A DNA stretch of 64,000 bases from Strigamia acuminata (GCA_949358305.1 OX442314.1:11222001-11286000); one strand, 5' to 3'. Shown: positions 48,801 through 59,539, counted from the first letter of the stretch. Notes: generated by a model not told the origin, from the sequence alone. Numbers and translations: made by a program.

Positions 48801-49611
48801 TCGAATCTTTACTTTTGAGCACGATCACTGGGACAGATGCATTGACCAAATAAATTTTGCTTTGCACTCTGCTCCAAATGTGTCTACCGGCTTTACACCA
48901 GCAATGCTAACGTATGGCAGAGAAATTCGACCGTTTTGGGACAATCGAGACGTGTCTTATGACACCCCTTTCGACCCAAATAGGCCCTACGACGCTGTCA
49001 GAATGCTAGTCGCTAGACACCGTACTCTGATTGCTGCAGCTCTAAAAAATAAGAGTCTAGCCCAAGCAAAACAGAAAACTTATTACGATCGACACCGCAG
49101 CGACGATAAATTCGAAGTTGGAGATTTGGTTTTACTAAAGACCCACCCATTGTCCAATGCTGCTAATCGATATGCTGCGTCCCTTGAGGATCGCTTTGAA
49201 GGACCATATGTAATTACTAAAGTCTTTAATAACAATGCGTATGCCCTTGCAACACCAATCACTTTGCAAGCGAGAGGCACATACAATATTGTAAAACTCA
49301 GGAGATTCGTCCCCTCAGAAGAAAAGGCTCAATGGCCCATTTTAGATGAGGAAGATGAAGAAGTTCTTGAGAACCGACCTGTGAACACTGGAACAGCAAC
49401 AATCTTGCCACCACCAGTGCGACCAACAGAATCTGGTATCGCAACCAAGTTGCCAACACCAGTAGAACTTTTGGGAAATCCAAAAAAGAAAAAGGCTTTG
49501 CCTCTGCCACGAGTGGATTCACACAAAACCACGGCAGCACAGTCAAAACCGAATTCGGATTCGAAAAGACCATCGAGAAATCATATTTTGCCGATACGAT
49601 ACAGAGATTGA
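45832..49611 (+). CDS. pol: Pol polyprotein (protease, RT, RNase H, integrase)
   Basis: ALMDTGA protease, YLDD RT, TDAS...DALSR RNase H, H-H-C-C zinc finger, DLIGP/SDNG/TER integrase core and GPY motif; uninterrupted. Confidence 0.97.
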   Translation, partial: HVGKRGVAVDRNSRVTDDCALTIVLIPMEEDMEDALFDDISSTEPDPRVVFSTEPEIDHVNVALKTGKSITPLPYIKATLNDLKVTALMDTGATHRYISGGMLKKLNLLHFMTPFLENRVVYTGDRPTRPIGTITLPLKWRGGELPVTFTVLPSASKFILLGCSWIIENKIVLNLTEREYFHIDFPHDTFPFDDPPSPEELGNAIMDRWDALVAESKSPVISTADLSQKLLAKSKLLPRQRFQISTLVEKYKHVFSDKAGCHPTLEHPIPTGDAPSFRCKDRPMNPKKAEIYRELVAELLRDGWAEPCEGSYKNPPVIVAKKGGGYRLCIDFRWLNKITIKDVYQMPSISMILACLGGKKFFSTLDLTKGYYQIKLKPSDKRKTAFSTSDGTYQFTRMPFGLCNAPSAFQRMMDQVLGTAQHKWALAYLDDIIIFSDSFEEHLQHLDDILSKLDKNKLTASPSKSFLCPEELNFLGFTMSNGSYSPNNDKVEAILKYPTPSSIKQLQRFIGMVGFYAALIPKLSITQKPFFALLKKDTKWEWSEECNVAFEYLKNQLAKGIMLPLPDFARNFTIHTDASGGGLGAVLMQIDDHGALRPVAYASRTLQGAENNYSTTDLECLAVVWAVDKFKPYIEYSEYQVETDHHALRFLMTIENPAGRLARWAMKLQNENFTIKYRKGTDNQVADALSRVSLDNGNPLEGKATLTEIIEPVALAYLTNEIDDSMSFENIILQQRADKHLSKLIEWLELDDGQPRPELPKFLEDRQYDCTLTRKGMLIIYAPFKTDFFVEEEDLGIGFKIFIPPSLQLAALQLIHDHPMAGHGGVEVTLERLKRIYFWPNMQKEVKLHVASCNRCQRCKPIQRKPKGLMVPTSPKIGRFEKIGIDLIGPLPRTPNRNRFILVVVDYATGWMEATPLRSAKMTAIAPILKRFFSCHGCPRFMLSDNGPQFISDVYQTLCDDAGVVPIKTTPYHPQTNLTERVNRNIKIMLRIFTFEHDHWDRCIDQINFALHSAPNVSTGFTPAMLTYGREIRPFWDNRDVSYDTPFDPNRPYDAVRMLVARHRTLIAAALKNKSLAQAKQKTYYDRHRSDDKFEVGDLVLLKTHPLSNAANRYAASLEDRFEGPYVITKVFNNNAYALATPITLQARGTYNIVKLRRFVPSEEKAQWPILDEEDEEVLENRPVNTGTATILPPPVRPTESGIATKLPTPVELLGNPKKKKALPLPRVDSHKTTAAQSKPNSDSKRPSRNHILPIRYRD
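45838..45892 (+). other. -1 programmed ribosomal frameshift signal
   Basis: Slippery heptamer G GGA AAC in the gag frame, 7-nt spacer, stem CGCAGTCG (45852-45859) pairing with CGACTGCG (45882-45889); pol is in the -1 frame and open from 45832. Confidence 0.8.
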
Positions 49612-49854
49612 CCACTAGGTGGACACCTCCGAATTCGAAATTCCTACGGACCAATCACGAGACGACAACATAGCGTTTCCGGTTTCGTACACGTTGCGTA
49701 AAAGACGTTATTCTGCGGTACTTAAGAAGGAATCTTGGCAACATCAAATCATTCTCGTTCCAAGCAAGTGACTGTCCAGTTCGTCTCCTCCGCACGAATC
49801 CCGTCGATTTCCTGTTCCGTATATTTGATTTGATCAATTCATTTTTATTTTCCA

Positions 49855-51033
49855 ATGGAAGAATATCCAGCCGGCACTCGAGTCGTATGCCCAGTGTGTT
49901 TAGGAAGTTGCGTAACCGAACGCAACAACGGCGCGTTAACTCCGTGCGAAAACTGTCTTGGCGAAGGACATGTGGATCGCAACGAGCCTTTGGAACTCTG
50001 GTTCCGTCATTTTATGACGGTATCCGGACGCCCGATTCCAGTAAGAAACCGCGTGGTCGGTTGGATGCGAGTGCGTTCTCGTAGAGAAAGAAAGAAGTCA
50101 GAAAAGGCGTTTTACGCCAATTCCGGCGCCTCGACTTCGGCCCAATCGCCACGAACGGGATCAAATCCCAATTCCACGTCAAAAGCTGACGATACAACGA
50201 CTGGACGAGTTTCAAAAAGAGCGGTTTTACGCTTGAAACTAGCCGAATTTGCGGCGAATCGTTCGCAAACGTCGCAGACACCGAAAACTTCAACTTCGAG
50301 TTCGACTAAAATCCTTCGACCACCGAAGAAAGTGACTGTAAAACAGTCATGTTCGACGGTGACAGAATCGAAAGCCAAACCACGCTCTGAGATTTCGGCG
50401 GCCCTCGTCGCAATGCGACTAAAGATCCGCGAACGAAATCCAAAGATGGCGGAAGAGACAGTAAACGCTTTAGCCAAAGAACGTCTCAAGTGGGAGAAGG
50501 TCGCTGATTATAAACAGCGACAAGCCGCCCTCGCCGTGAGCCAACGAGTGACCGCTACGGTTACGTCATGTACGCAAGCGGCGAAGAAATCAATCCCACC
50601 ACCGTCGTGTACGATCGTCTCAAACGATACGAGCATGCCGACGGAATTCGTTTGTTCCTCGACTGTTTTACAGTCAATTCCAAATCCAGCGGTCATTATG
50701 CCGCCGATATTCGGCGAGAGACCAACGGACATTTCATTTCAGAATCTCCAGACCGCTCCGATGTCAATCGAAAATGGCGCGGCCGCCACCGAGACCGTCG
50801 CCGAAGCATCGAGTGCGATGGAAACCGAAGAATCGCATACGCCTCCGCCGCCTCTTCCACCACAATCGAAGGCAGAGAAGGCGGAGAAGAAGGCGGAAAA
50901 GAAAACCAGATCCGCCGCGAAGCGAGAGCAAAAGACGCGTCGTAACCTGGCGAAGGAGCTGCCGTCGATAAAAGAGAACGAACGTGACGACGACGAGACG
51001 CCACCGACGCCCGGCAAGACGCTACAGATATAG
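49855..51033 (+). CDS. Accessory ORF3 of element 1 (392 aa; N-terminal CxxCxG...CxxCxGxG zinc module, basic Ser/Thr-rich body; not env-like)
   Basis: Intact ATG-initiated ORF between pol and the 3' LTR; CPVCLGS...CENCLGEG; no visible signal peptide or TM helix. Confidence 0.75.
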   Translation: MEEYPAGTRVVCPVCLGSCVTERNNGALTPCENCLGEGHVDRNEPLELWFRHFMTVSGRPIPVRNRVVGWMRVRSRRERKKSEKAFYANSGASTSAQSPRTGSNPNSTSKADDTTTGRVSKRAVLRLKLAEFAANRSQTSQTPKTSTSSSTKILRPPKKVTVKQSCSTVTESKAKPRSEISAALVAMRLKIRERNPKMAEETVNALAKERLKWEKVADYKQRQAALAVSQRVTATVTSCTQAAKKSIPPPSCTIVSNDTSMPTEFVCSSTVLQSIPNPAVIMPPIFGERPTDISFQNLQTAPMSIENGAAATETVAEASSAMETEESHTPPPPLPPQSKAEKAEKKAEKKTRSAAKREQKTRRNLAKELPSIKENERDDDETPPTPGKTLQI

Positions 51034-51504
51034 AAGAAGTGGCCAGTTTTTCTCAAAACTTTATAATGCCAATAGTGTTGATAGTTTTTACATTTTTTAA
51101 ATGGTTTTTTCTCTATCAAGGTAATAATAATAGTCCTAACTTTTATTCTCAAAGCTACAAATGCATTTACTTACCTATTAGAATTAAATTAACTTAGATT
51201 TTAATATTTTCAAAGAATTTTTTATTCAAATGTTTTAAAAATTTACAAGTGTTATTTACAGTATTTATATTTCACGAATTGTATTTTGTCTTCATCCTGG
51301 GGGTAAGTGTGCGTTGTTTTCTCTGGTGTATTTTTCCCGATGTTACCTGCTGGTGATCCGTGGTCCAGTTGTCATCAACTCATCCGGTCATCTGGTTATC
51401 TGCAAAAAAGAAAAGTAATGATTAATTTTTAATTATGAAATTAACTTTCAAACAACCACTTTCGTGATTGTGTTGAGGTACCCCTCTCAGTACTTACCTT
51501 TTTT

Positions 51505-51516
51505 AGGGGGGGGAGA
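51505..51516 (+). promoter_or_regulatory. Polypurine tract of element 1
   Basis: AGGGGGGGGAGA directly before the 3' LTR TG. Confidence 0.9.
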
Positions 51517-52139
51517 TGTGACCGGCTGCCCGCTCAGTCCGCTCACTTGCCTGCAACACACGGCGCTTCCACGGCTCTCGCGCACCTCGTGTGTTTCTCG
51601 CGCGCACCTGTTGCGGACCCCCGCACCAGGTGGAGCTGACGGTCGTTGGCCCGGCCAATTGGGAACCGGAAGTGCCCCTTCCGGAAGTGGTGGGCCCGGC
51701 AGAGGCCCAAGAGAGTTCTCTAACTTCCAGCATGGCGAACGGTCGCTTCCACGATCGCTCTTCCACGCTGGCGGCAATGACGAATCCAGTTGGCGTAGCG
51801 ACTCTGTCGCCCGCCGGGACTTGATAGTCCACGTTCCCCATGTCCGTCCTGCGTTCTCCGTGAACGTAGCGGCGACATGGCTAAACGGTATTCCGACCAC
51901 GTGTGTCATGGCGGCCATTGGCCGCCGTGCCACGCGGTCTTGTTAGGGACGGCTGTTCGCAGCCGTCGCATTGGGAAATGCACTGGGAGACACCACATCA
52001 TACCCCTAGACATCAATAAAGCTTACCTTAAACTAAACTTGTGTCTCTTGTGTATTTCGGAGTGAATTCTATCGTGTGTGTTGTGTCCAGCGCCTCGTGG
52101 CTCTCCCCCGACCACGTGGCGACCGTCCAAACACTCACA
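51517..52139 (+). repeat. 3' LTR of element 1
   Basis: Same length as the 5' LTR, with no difference seen by eye. Confidence 0.95.
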
Positions 52140-52238
52140 AAACTTCTATAAACTTACAATATTAATTATTATTGCAATTTGCAAACAAACAATAGTACAC
52201 ATTCGACGTTAACGTATTCAATAATTGTATTCTGCTAG

Positions 52239-53702
52239 TTAATGATTGACAAAAGCAAAAAGTTTATATAAAGCTCTTTGAAGAAGGGACACTTGAAAAA
52301 GGCACACTTCAGTCGGTCGCTTTTCGTCTTCCAAATCATCTTTGGATTCATCATCAATTAATCCTCCGTTATACTCCAACCCAAAATCCCAAATATATCG
52401 TTTAAAACGTTGCAAGGTGCCATCTGTTTGGAAAATTTCACGCAGAAACCGATCCAACACGGCTCCTTCATCATTGGCAACCATTTTCATGCACGTGCGT
52501 ATTTTCGATATCATTAAATTGTATTTCATCTTTTCACTCACACCATTCATCAACATCTTAAGACGATCAAAATCATCTTTGTTTAACAGATTCATCTCGG
52601 TAAAAGTTTCATTCAAAATCATCCATTTTATTTCGCTGGAAAAACGGATTAACAATCTTCGAAAAAGTCTTTTATTCCGAAAACCAGCAAGACCACTTCG
52701 ATAAATACGTTCTTTATAAATAAAATAAACCATGAAGCATTTTTCATCAATACTATCAACCATATAGAACAAAGTGGAATGCAAAACGTCATGCCAATAT
52801 CTGTTTGACTTCATTAGACTGTCTAGCAGAACGGTAAAATTAGCATTGTTCATCCATTTGCAATTGCTGAATGTCAATGCCAGTTGCTTTTTCGTAAAAT
52901 GATTTAATAGAAAGAACAAGGCATCCGATGGGCCGTGAAGCCCGTGATGCAGACATTCCCAACAAAGATCAATGAATCGATTCCTCTCTTCCGCATCATC
53001 GTTAGTATCCCATAGGTACTGTAAAACTAAATCAAGATCATACTGCATCGACAGTCTGACAATATCGGTCATATTGTAGTAATGGCCGTTGAATAAATTT
53101 CTAATTTTCGTTGCAAATTCAAACTTCAGCGTGATTTCATTGTTAAAAAACAATTCGTAGTAGTAGATTTCTTTTAAGTCCAGTGGTAACTTTTCCCACA
53201 AAATCTTCACATAATTTACTAAACAAAAATGACTAGCCAGATTGTAAAGACTCCCATTGGTCCTCAAGGCTTCGTTGTTTTCGTCGTTGTAGAGCAAAAC
53301 AAACGTTTCTTTTTTGTCAATTGCTCCATGAACAGTCCAAGCTATGTCATTAACAAAAGCGTACGAAGTGACGTTCTCAGTAAAAGTGAATCCTTCGAGA
53401 TATTTGATCCATTCGTGTATCTGAACACCGATCATTGCAACGGCGTACTTTAGTTCGTCATTCAGGCCTGGTGGTAAGTACAGATTTGCTCCTATCATCG
53501 CTTCGTCTTCAATTAGATGCCATTTCGGTGATTTCAAACTTTTCTCCGTTCCAAAATAATTGCTTATTTTCAATTTAACCGCATCTTTTCGCCAAAAGGA
53601 AATTGCGACAGCTAAGAACGAGATTTTCTCCAAGCTGGGGCACGATTTTGCTTTCTTCAGATTTCTTTGAAGGTCGGCGCTTATTTTTTTGATTTTATCC
53701 AT
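52239..53702 (-). CDS. Uncharacterised 487-aa intronless protein, family copy 3
   Basis: Intact ORF colinear with copy 1. Confidence 0.8.
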   Translation of the reverse strand: MDKIKKISADLQRNLKKAKSCPSLEKISFLAVAISFWRKDAVKLKISNYFGTEKSLKSPKWHLIEDEAMIGANLYLPPGLNDELKYAVAMIGVQIHEWIKYLEGFTFTENVTSYAFVNDIAWTVHGAIDKKETFVLLYNDENNEALRTNGSLYNLASHFCLVNYVKILWEKLPLDLKEIYYYELFFNNEITLKFEFATKIRNLFNGHYYNMTDIVRLSMQYDLDLVLQYLWDTNDDAEERNRFIDLCWECLHHGLHGPSDALFFLLNHFTKKQLALTFSNCKWMNNANFTVLLDSLMKSNRYWHDVLHSTLFYMVDSIDEKCFMVYFIYKERIYRSGLAGFRNKRLFRRLLIRFSSEIKWMILNETFTEMNLLNKDDFDRLKMLMNGVSEKMKYNLMISKIRTCMKMVANDEGAVLDRFLREIFQTDGTLQRFKRYIWDFGLEYNGGLIDDESKDDLEDEKRPTEVCLFQVSLLQRALYKLFAFVNH

Positions 53703-54267
53703 TTCTGTGTGAAGAATTCAAAAAGATAATTAAATTTAGTTGAAAAACAACTGTAATAATATCGAAACAGAAAGAACTATAGGCATACTGTAATTTACAA
53801 ATTCAGAGAACGTACGACGTACCACTTGTTCACTAGGATCTCACTTGTCAGCAGATTGGCCGCCACCCCTCTGGTGGGCAGTGTTCAAAAGAAATAAAAC
53901 AAATTTTTTTACCGATAGATGGTGATAAATTCAACCTTTTTCGTTTTCTTTGAAAATTTATATTTTCTGGTTTTGAGGTATTTTCAGTGAATTTACCACC
54001 CGATTGATCAGTTTTTCGAATGACGTCGCGCATGTGGTTTCATCCACTTCTTAAGCGTTATTTACTGAACTTCTTATTTCTTACACAATTCGCAATTGTC
54101 CTGGAATTGTGAAAACTTAGAATAACATACCAGAAATAATAAGTTTAATTACTAAAAACACACGCCTAATACATTCCAATTCAATAAACTTCTACAAAAT
54201 TCTTGAAAAAATTATATTAATGAAAATGGCAAGAAATACATTTAACAATTTTAATAACTTCCGCTGG

Positions 54268-55725
54268 TTAATGATTGGAAAAATCTAAAAGTTTATTTTC
54301 AAGCGATTCGTAACAAGATAAATCAGTTTTAAAAATACACTCTCCAGTCAGTCGTTTGCCATCTTCCGAGTCATATTCGTATCCATCATCAGTTAATACT
54401 CTGATGTAATAAATCACAAAATCACAAATCCTCCGCTTAACACGTTGCAATACGGCACCAGTTTGGAAAATTTCACGCAAAAACTGATCCAACACGGCTC
54501 CTCCATCATTCACAACCATTAACACGCACGTCGAGCTTTTCGCCATCATTAATTTGTACTTCGTCGTTTCATCCGCACTATTCATCAGCATCTTAAGCAG
54601 ATCAAGATCTTCAAAGTTCAACAGACTCATTATGGTATAATTGTCATCGATTATGATCTGTTTTAGTTTGCTGGAAGAACAGCTCCACAATTTCTTGAAA
54701 AGTTTTTTTTTCAGAAAACCAGCAAAACCACTCCGGCAAATATTTTTTAACTGACTAGAATAATACATTGAGCAGTTTTCACCCAAACTATCAACCATAT
54801 CGAGCAAAGTGGAATGCAAAAAGTCATGCCAATATCTGTTTGACCTGAGCAGACATTCTAACATGGGGTGGAAACGTGGGTTCAGCCACGTCAATTTCAA
54901 TGTCGATTCCAGTTGCTTTTTCGTAAAATGATTTAATAGAAAGAACATGGTATCCGATGGGCCGTGATGCAGACATTCCCAACAAAGATCTATAAATCGA
55001 TTCCTCTCTTCCGCTTCATCCTTAGTATCCCATATGTACTGTAAAACTAAATCAAGATCATAATAAATCGCCAGGCAAACAATATCGGTTATATTATAGT
55101 ATTGGCCGATGAATAATTTTCGGATTTCTATTGCGAATTGAAACTCCAGCCTGGTTTCATTGTCACAAAGCAATTCGTTGTCGTAGTTAATTCCTTTTAA
55201 GACGAATGGTAACTTTTCCCACAAAATCTTCACATAATTTACTAAACAAAAATGACTAGCCAGATTGTAAAGAGTCCCATTGGTCCTCAAGGCTTCGTTC
55301 TTTTCGTCGTTGAAGAGTAAAACAAACGTTTCTTTTTTGTCAATTGCTCCATGAACCGTCCAAGCAATGTCATTAACAAAAGCGTACGAAGTGACGTTCT
55401 CAGTAAAAGTGAATCTTTCGAGATATCGTATCTATTCGTGTATCTGAACACCAACTAGTGCAACGGCATTTTTTAATTCGTCCTTCAGGGTTGGAGGTAG
55501 ACACAGATTTGCTCCTTTCATCACTTCATCTTCAATTTGATGCCATTCCCTGGACTGCGTAGTTTTCTTTTTTCCAAAAAAATTAGCTATTTTCAATTTA
55601 ACCGCATCCTTTCGCCAAAACGAAATTGCGACAGCTAATAATGAGATTTTCTCCAAGCTGGGGCACGATTTTGCTTTCTTCAGATTTCTTTGAAGCTCAG
55701 CGTTTATTGTTTCGATTTTATCCAT
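54268..55725 (-). pseudogene. Family copy 4, full length with one in-frame nonsense codon
   Basis: ORFs 55432-55725 and 54268-55290 are in the same frame; the conserved Trp of IHEW is TAG at 55432-55434. Confidence 0.8.
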
Positions 55726-56595
55726 TTCTGTGTGAAGAATTCAAATAGATGATTAAATATAGTTGAAAAAGAACTGTAATAATATCGAAACTCACTGAAT
55801 TAAATATAGACTTCGGTACGCACCAACTCAAACCTAAAGGTTATTGCAAGGAAGAAATTTCGCAGTGAACAACAGAATTCTGTCACAAGGTATAACTATT
55901 CTGTGAAAGAAAGAACTATAGGCATACTGTAATTTACAAATTCGAAGAACGGACGACTTACCACTTGTTCGCTTGGATCTCACTTGTCAGTCGATTTGCC
56001 GCCACCCCTCTGGTGGGCAGTGTTCGAAAGAAATAAAAAAGATTTTTACCGAAAGATGGTAATGAAATGAGTTCAACAACCAAAAGTAAAATTATTTTAA
56101 ACTTCTGCTTACTTCGAGGCACTGTTTTTTCTTTTTCGTTTTTTTAAATATATATTTTCTGATTTTTTCTATTGAGGTTTTTTCAGTAGATTTATTTACA
56201 GTTCAGTTCTGTCCAACACATTCCAGCACTGTTATGAATTCACAACTGTGCTAGAAGTGGCACGATCTGCAGACCTACAATAACTTTTATTATTCTTGCA
56301 AGATATAATAAATTTAATTTCTAAAAACGCAAGCCCAATACATTATAATTCCCAAAAAAAATATATAAATACCATAGTATCTTTTCAAAACCAAAATTGA
56401 ATTATGAATAGTCAGTGACGCAGGCGCATTCGGAACCGGCATGAGCGTAGCATGATCCACCGGCGAATGTAAACTCAGCTGAGTGAAGCGAAGTTTACGT
56501 AGCGAATGATAGCTGCGTATCATTCTACCGACGGTTCGTAGGAATCACAGGAGAGGGCGCACCCGCTGGAGCCGTTCAGTATTCAGAGAGGAACT

Positions 56596-58724
56596 TGTGA
56601 CGGAATAAACTTAGGCATGGATATATAATTAGTATAATATGAAGGAATAACTAAGGGGTAAAGTTAGGCTGTACTGCAATGGCAATTACAGTAAGGCGGG
56701 AAAGGAATCTCTTGAGTGACGTGAGTCACTTGAGAGGTAAAGGGGGTCGCTGGCAAGTGACCACAAATAATCTAGAGGCTAGACAGGTATAAAACAGTGA
56801 GATAACATAAATAAATGGAGAATAAATATCTGACTTCGTGAAATATGCGACATATAAATTGATAGATGAATGTAGTTAACTATGAATAATATTGAGCCAA
56901 CACAAGTGTGTAAACTATAATAAAGCTAATTTATTAGCGAGTCCAAATGATCATTAAACCATAATCCAAAATACATACATATATACAAATACACAAGCGC
57001 TATAAACAAGGCCTCCAATAATCATTGGGGTAATACAAAGACATATCAAAAGGTAAATACGCTGACAAAACTAGAGCATTGGGAGGCATGAGGAATTCAT
57101 GGCCCAAGGCAAAAGGGGGACTTGAACAGGAGTGAAAGAGAAGCGCTCTTTTAATTACGCTGAAACTGTAGTTTAAGGGGATTAAAAGGGGACATTTAAA
57201 ATGGCGGCTCAATCGAGGCTTTGATTGCAATTCGGTTCGGTGTGGCTTTAATAACGATGTCGTCACAAATAATGCATTGACTTTGAAGAAAGCCAATGCT
57301 GCCTAAAACTTAATTGTTCAATTAAAGCAAGAGCTAAAACAAGAGTGTAAACTCTTGATTAAGCGGTTTGGTGGGTGAAAGACCCAAGAGTTGGCTATGA
57401 GAATGGCAACATGTCATTGAATAGGCCTAACCAAGAGTAGAGCAGTTCTGCTAAACCAGAGGTTCACATTGACTGGATACATCATTTAATGGCTAGGTTC
57501 TTGGCTAACAAGTGCAAGGGGTTTGTGAGCGAGTGCTCGAGACAGAGAAAGACAACTACACATATTTAGGTGTAACTCAGATTGCTCTGAGTTCAAATGT
57601 CTATGCGTAACAACTTTCAGGAGAAGGCTGACTAGCGCATTTAGGACTAAGCATAAATGCAAAGTAATGCTACGCCATTGAGAACCATAGCAAAGGTAAG
57701 GGAAGTTACTATTAAATTAATAGCAAGTTCTTATAGCAAGTAGAAGGATTGATTGACTAACAATGGACAACAAAAGGACTAAGCCGAACTAATAAATCTC
57801 CCTCAACTTAGCAACAATTGACCACTTCAATGGGAATCCACTGAAGTAATTCTAATTACCAATTTGAGAGCAATAAATGAAATAAGGCTTACCAGTACTT
57901 TGATTCCGCGGTCCAGGGTCATTGAATCCAGTGTCAAAAGGGTTGTGGAATTTTGGCGGGAAAATCCACCAACAAAGCCAGGGCGGCAAAGTTGGAGTAG
58001 AGGCAACAAAACCTATCTTTTCTCCTTCATCTTCACCTCCATTGCCATCCTACTTCCCCCAGCTGTCAACTGCAGGAAGTTTTACATCTCAACCCAGTAA
58101 TCGAATACCAAATAGGCTCGGATGTTGCTCGTAGGGCAACCAACTAAAGCGAGATAGTGCGTCAAAACCTTGACGCACAACATAAGTCAAAGCCAAAGGC
58201 AAGAACAAAATGTGTAAAGTCAAAATATATGGGCAAAATCTGTGTGGAAACTCTGTGCAGAGTTTATATAAACTTCTAGACAATACCTCATTGGAATGGA
58301 ACCAATGGGGTAACCAAACCAATAACAACAAGAGTCTTGCCTCATTAGTATGAGGCGGGAATAGGCCACAAAGCACATACCTCATTAGTATGTGGTGAAG
58401 GAGGGGAGACCAGCGTGGCGAGGTCACGAGTACTCTTGGCCTTGCAAGGTCAACACTGGTGTTGATAAACAACACCAACAAACTGGGGTTGCCATAGGGT
58501 GGCTTCACTGTGTAGTGAACCAAGATGGCGGCCGAGGGGAAGAATATTCTTTCAAACGTAAATAAATACAACTTATGACCCGTGAGCCCAAAAGCTCACT
58601 TATATGGTCTAGGACTCATATAATACTTATATAAATAAATACCAAAGTTAATAAAACCTTAAAATAATTATAGACCTTTATTTAGTTTTCCAATACAAAC
58701 CTACGGTAATTTGGTACCGTCACA
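56596..58724 (-). repeat. Putative long (~2.1 kb) 3' LTR of element 2
   Basis: 8-bp inverted termini TGTGACGG...CCGTCACA, non-coding, downstream of the ORFs. The partner LTR is not in the window and the PPT is atypical. Confidence 0.55.
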
Positions 58725-59539
58725 CGTGCCCGGAAGAAGGTGCGTGCGTCCTACGCATGCATCTAAATCGACAAGACCAGAATAAAAAGTCAAAACTGAA
58801 GAGAAAAATTTATTGAGGTAAAAACCCCTAAAAAACTCTTGGTGCGAAGGCACCCTTACAAGACGATGGTGTCGTAGCACCGTAAGGTAATTTAATGTGG
58901 AGAATATATATATAAAGATTGATAATGGAGAAGGGAGTGGTTCCCTGACCTTGGTCACTACTCCGAACTGAGTGAGTCTGTGACGGAGGGACGGGCAAAA
59001 CCACGTTCGTTAACATCATTTAAAGAAAAAGAAGCATCTCGGAACCGAGATGGTCTCGGGCTTGGCTGGTGGACCGGACCAATGGTCCACACGGAATTAC
59101 ACGGGCCCGAGAACTAGTTCATTAAAATACAAACAATTCATAATTTTCTGGTAACATAAATTTCTACCCAGAGACTAAAATAATTAACACAACATTATTC
59201 AGATTTACAACAAATAATCAAAAAAAAAGAAAATTAAACAATTAATTTATGCTAAGATTTTAAGACTAAATTAAAATGACAAGTGAGTCACAAACTCTAC
59301 AGACAGAATATATACAAAGCGAAAGGAACACAATATAAAAGGAAAATAAAAATTATACACCATACAAGACCATAACCGAACGGTTAAGTAAGTCTGTAAA
59401 CAAAATTCAAAGATTTTCTTTTGAGAGATACACTAAAATAATTATAAAAAATGAACGGTCGTATATTACACTTGTTTTGACTTGACACACTAAATGAAAC
59501 ATAGAATTTATACAAGTCAGGCAGATATCGCTCTCTCTC

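Larger units (their letters stand above)
41414..52139 (+). mobile_element. Complete Ty3/Gypsy LTR retrotransposon (element 1), ~10.7 kb, with an extra ORF
   Basis: Two 623-bp TG...CA LTRs, 4-bp TSD AAAC (41410-41413 / 52140-52143), PBS, PPT, gag, and pol in PR-RT-RH-IN order. The host flanks rejoin to match the paralogous sequence at ~35571. Confidence 0.97.

Noticed and set aside
49855..51033. ORF3 as an env gene
   Set aside because: No N-terminal signal peptide, no hydrophobic fusion or TM segment; basic and disordered composition
58979..58987. Second TGTGACGGA as an alternative LTR terminus
   Set aside because: No adjacent PBS, PPT or further similarity to 56596ff
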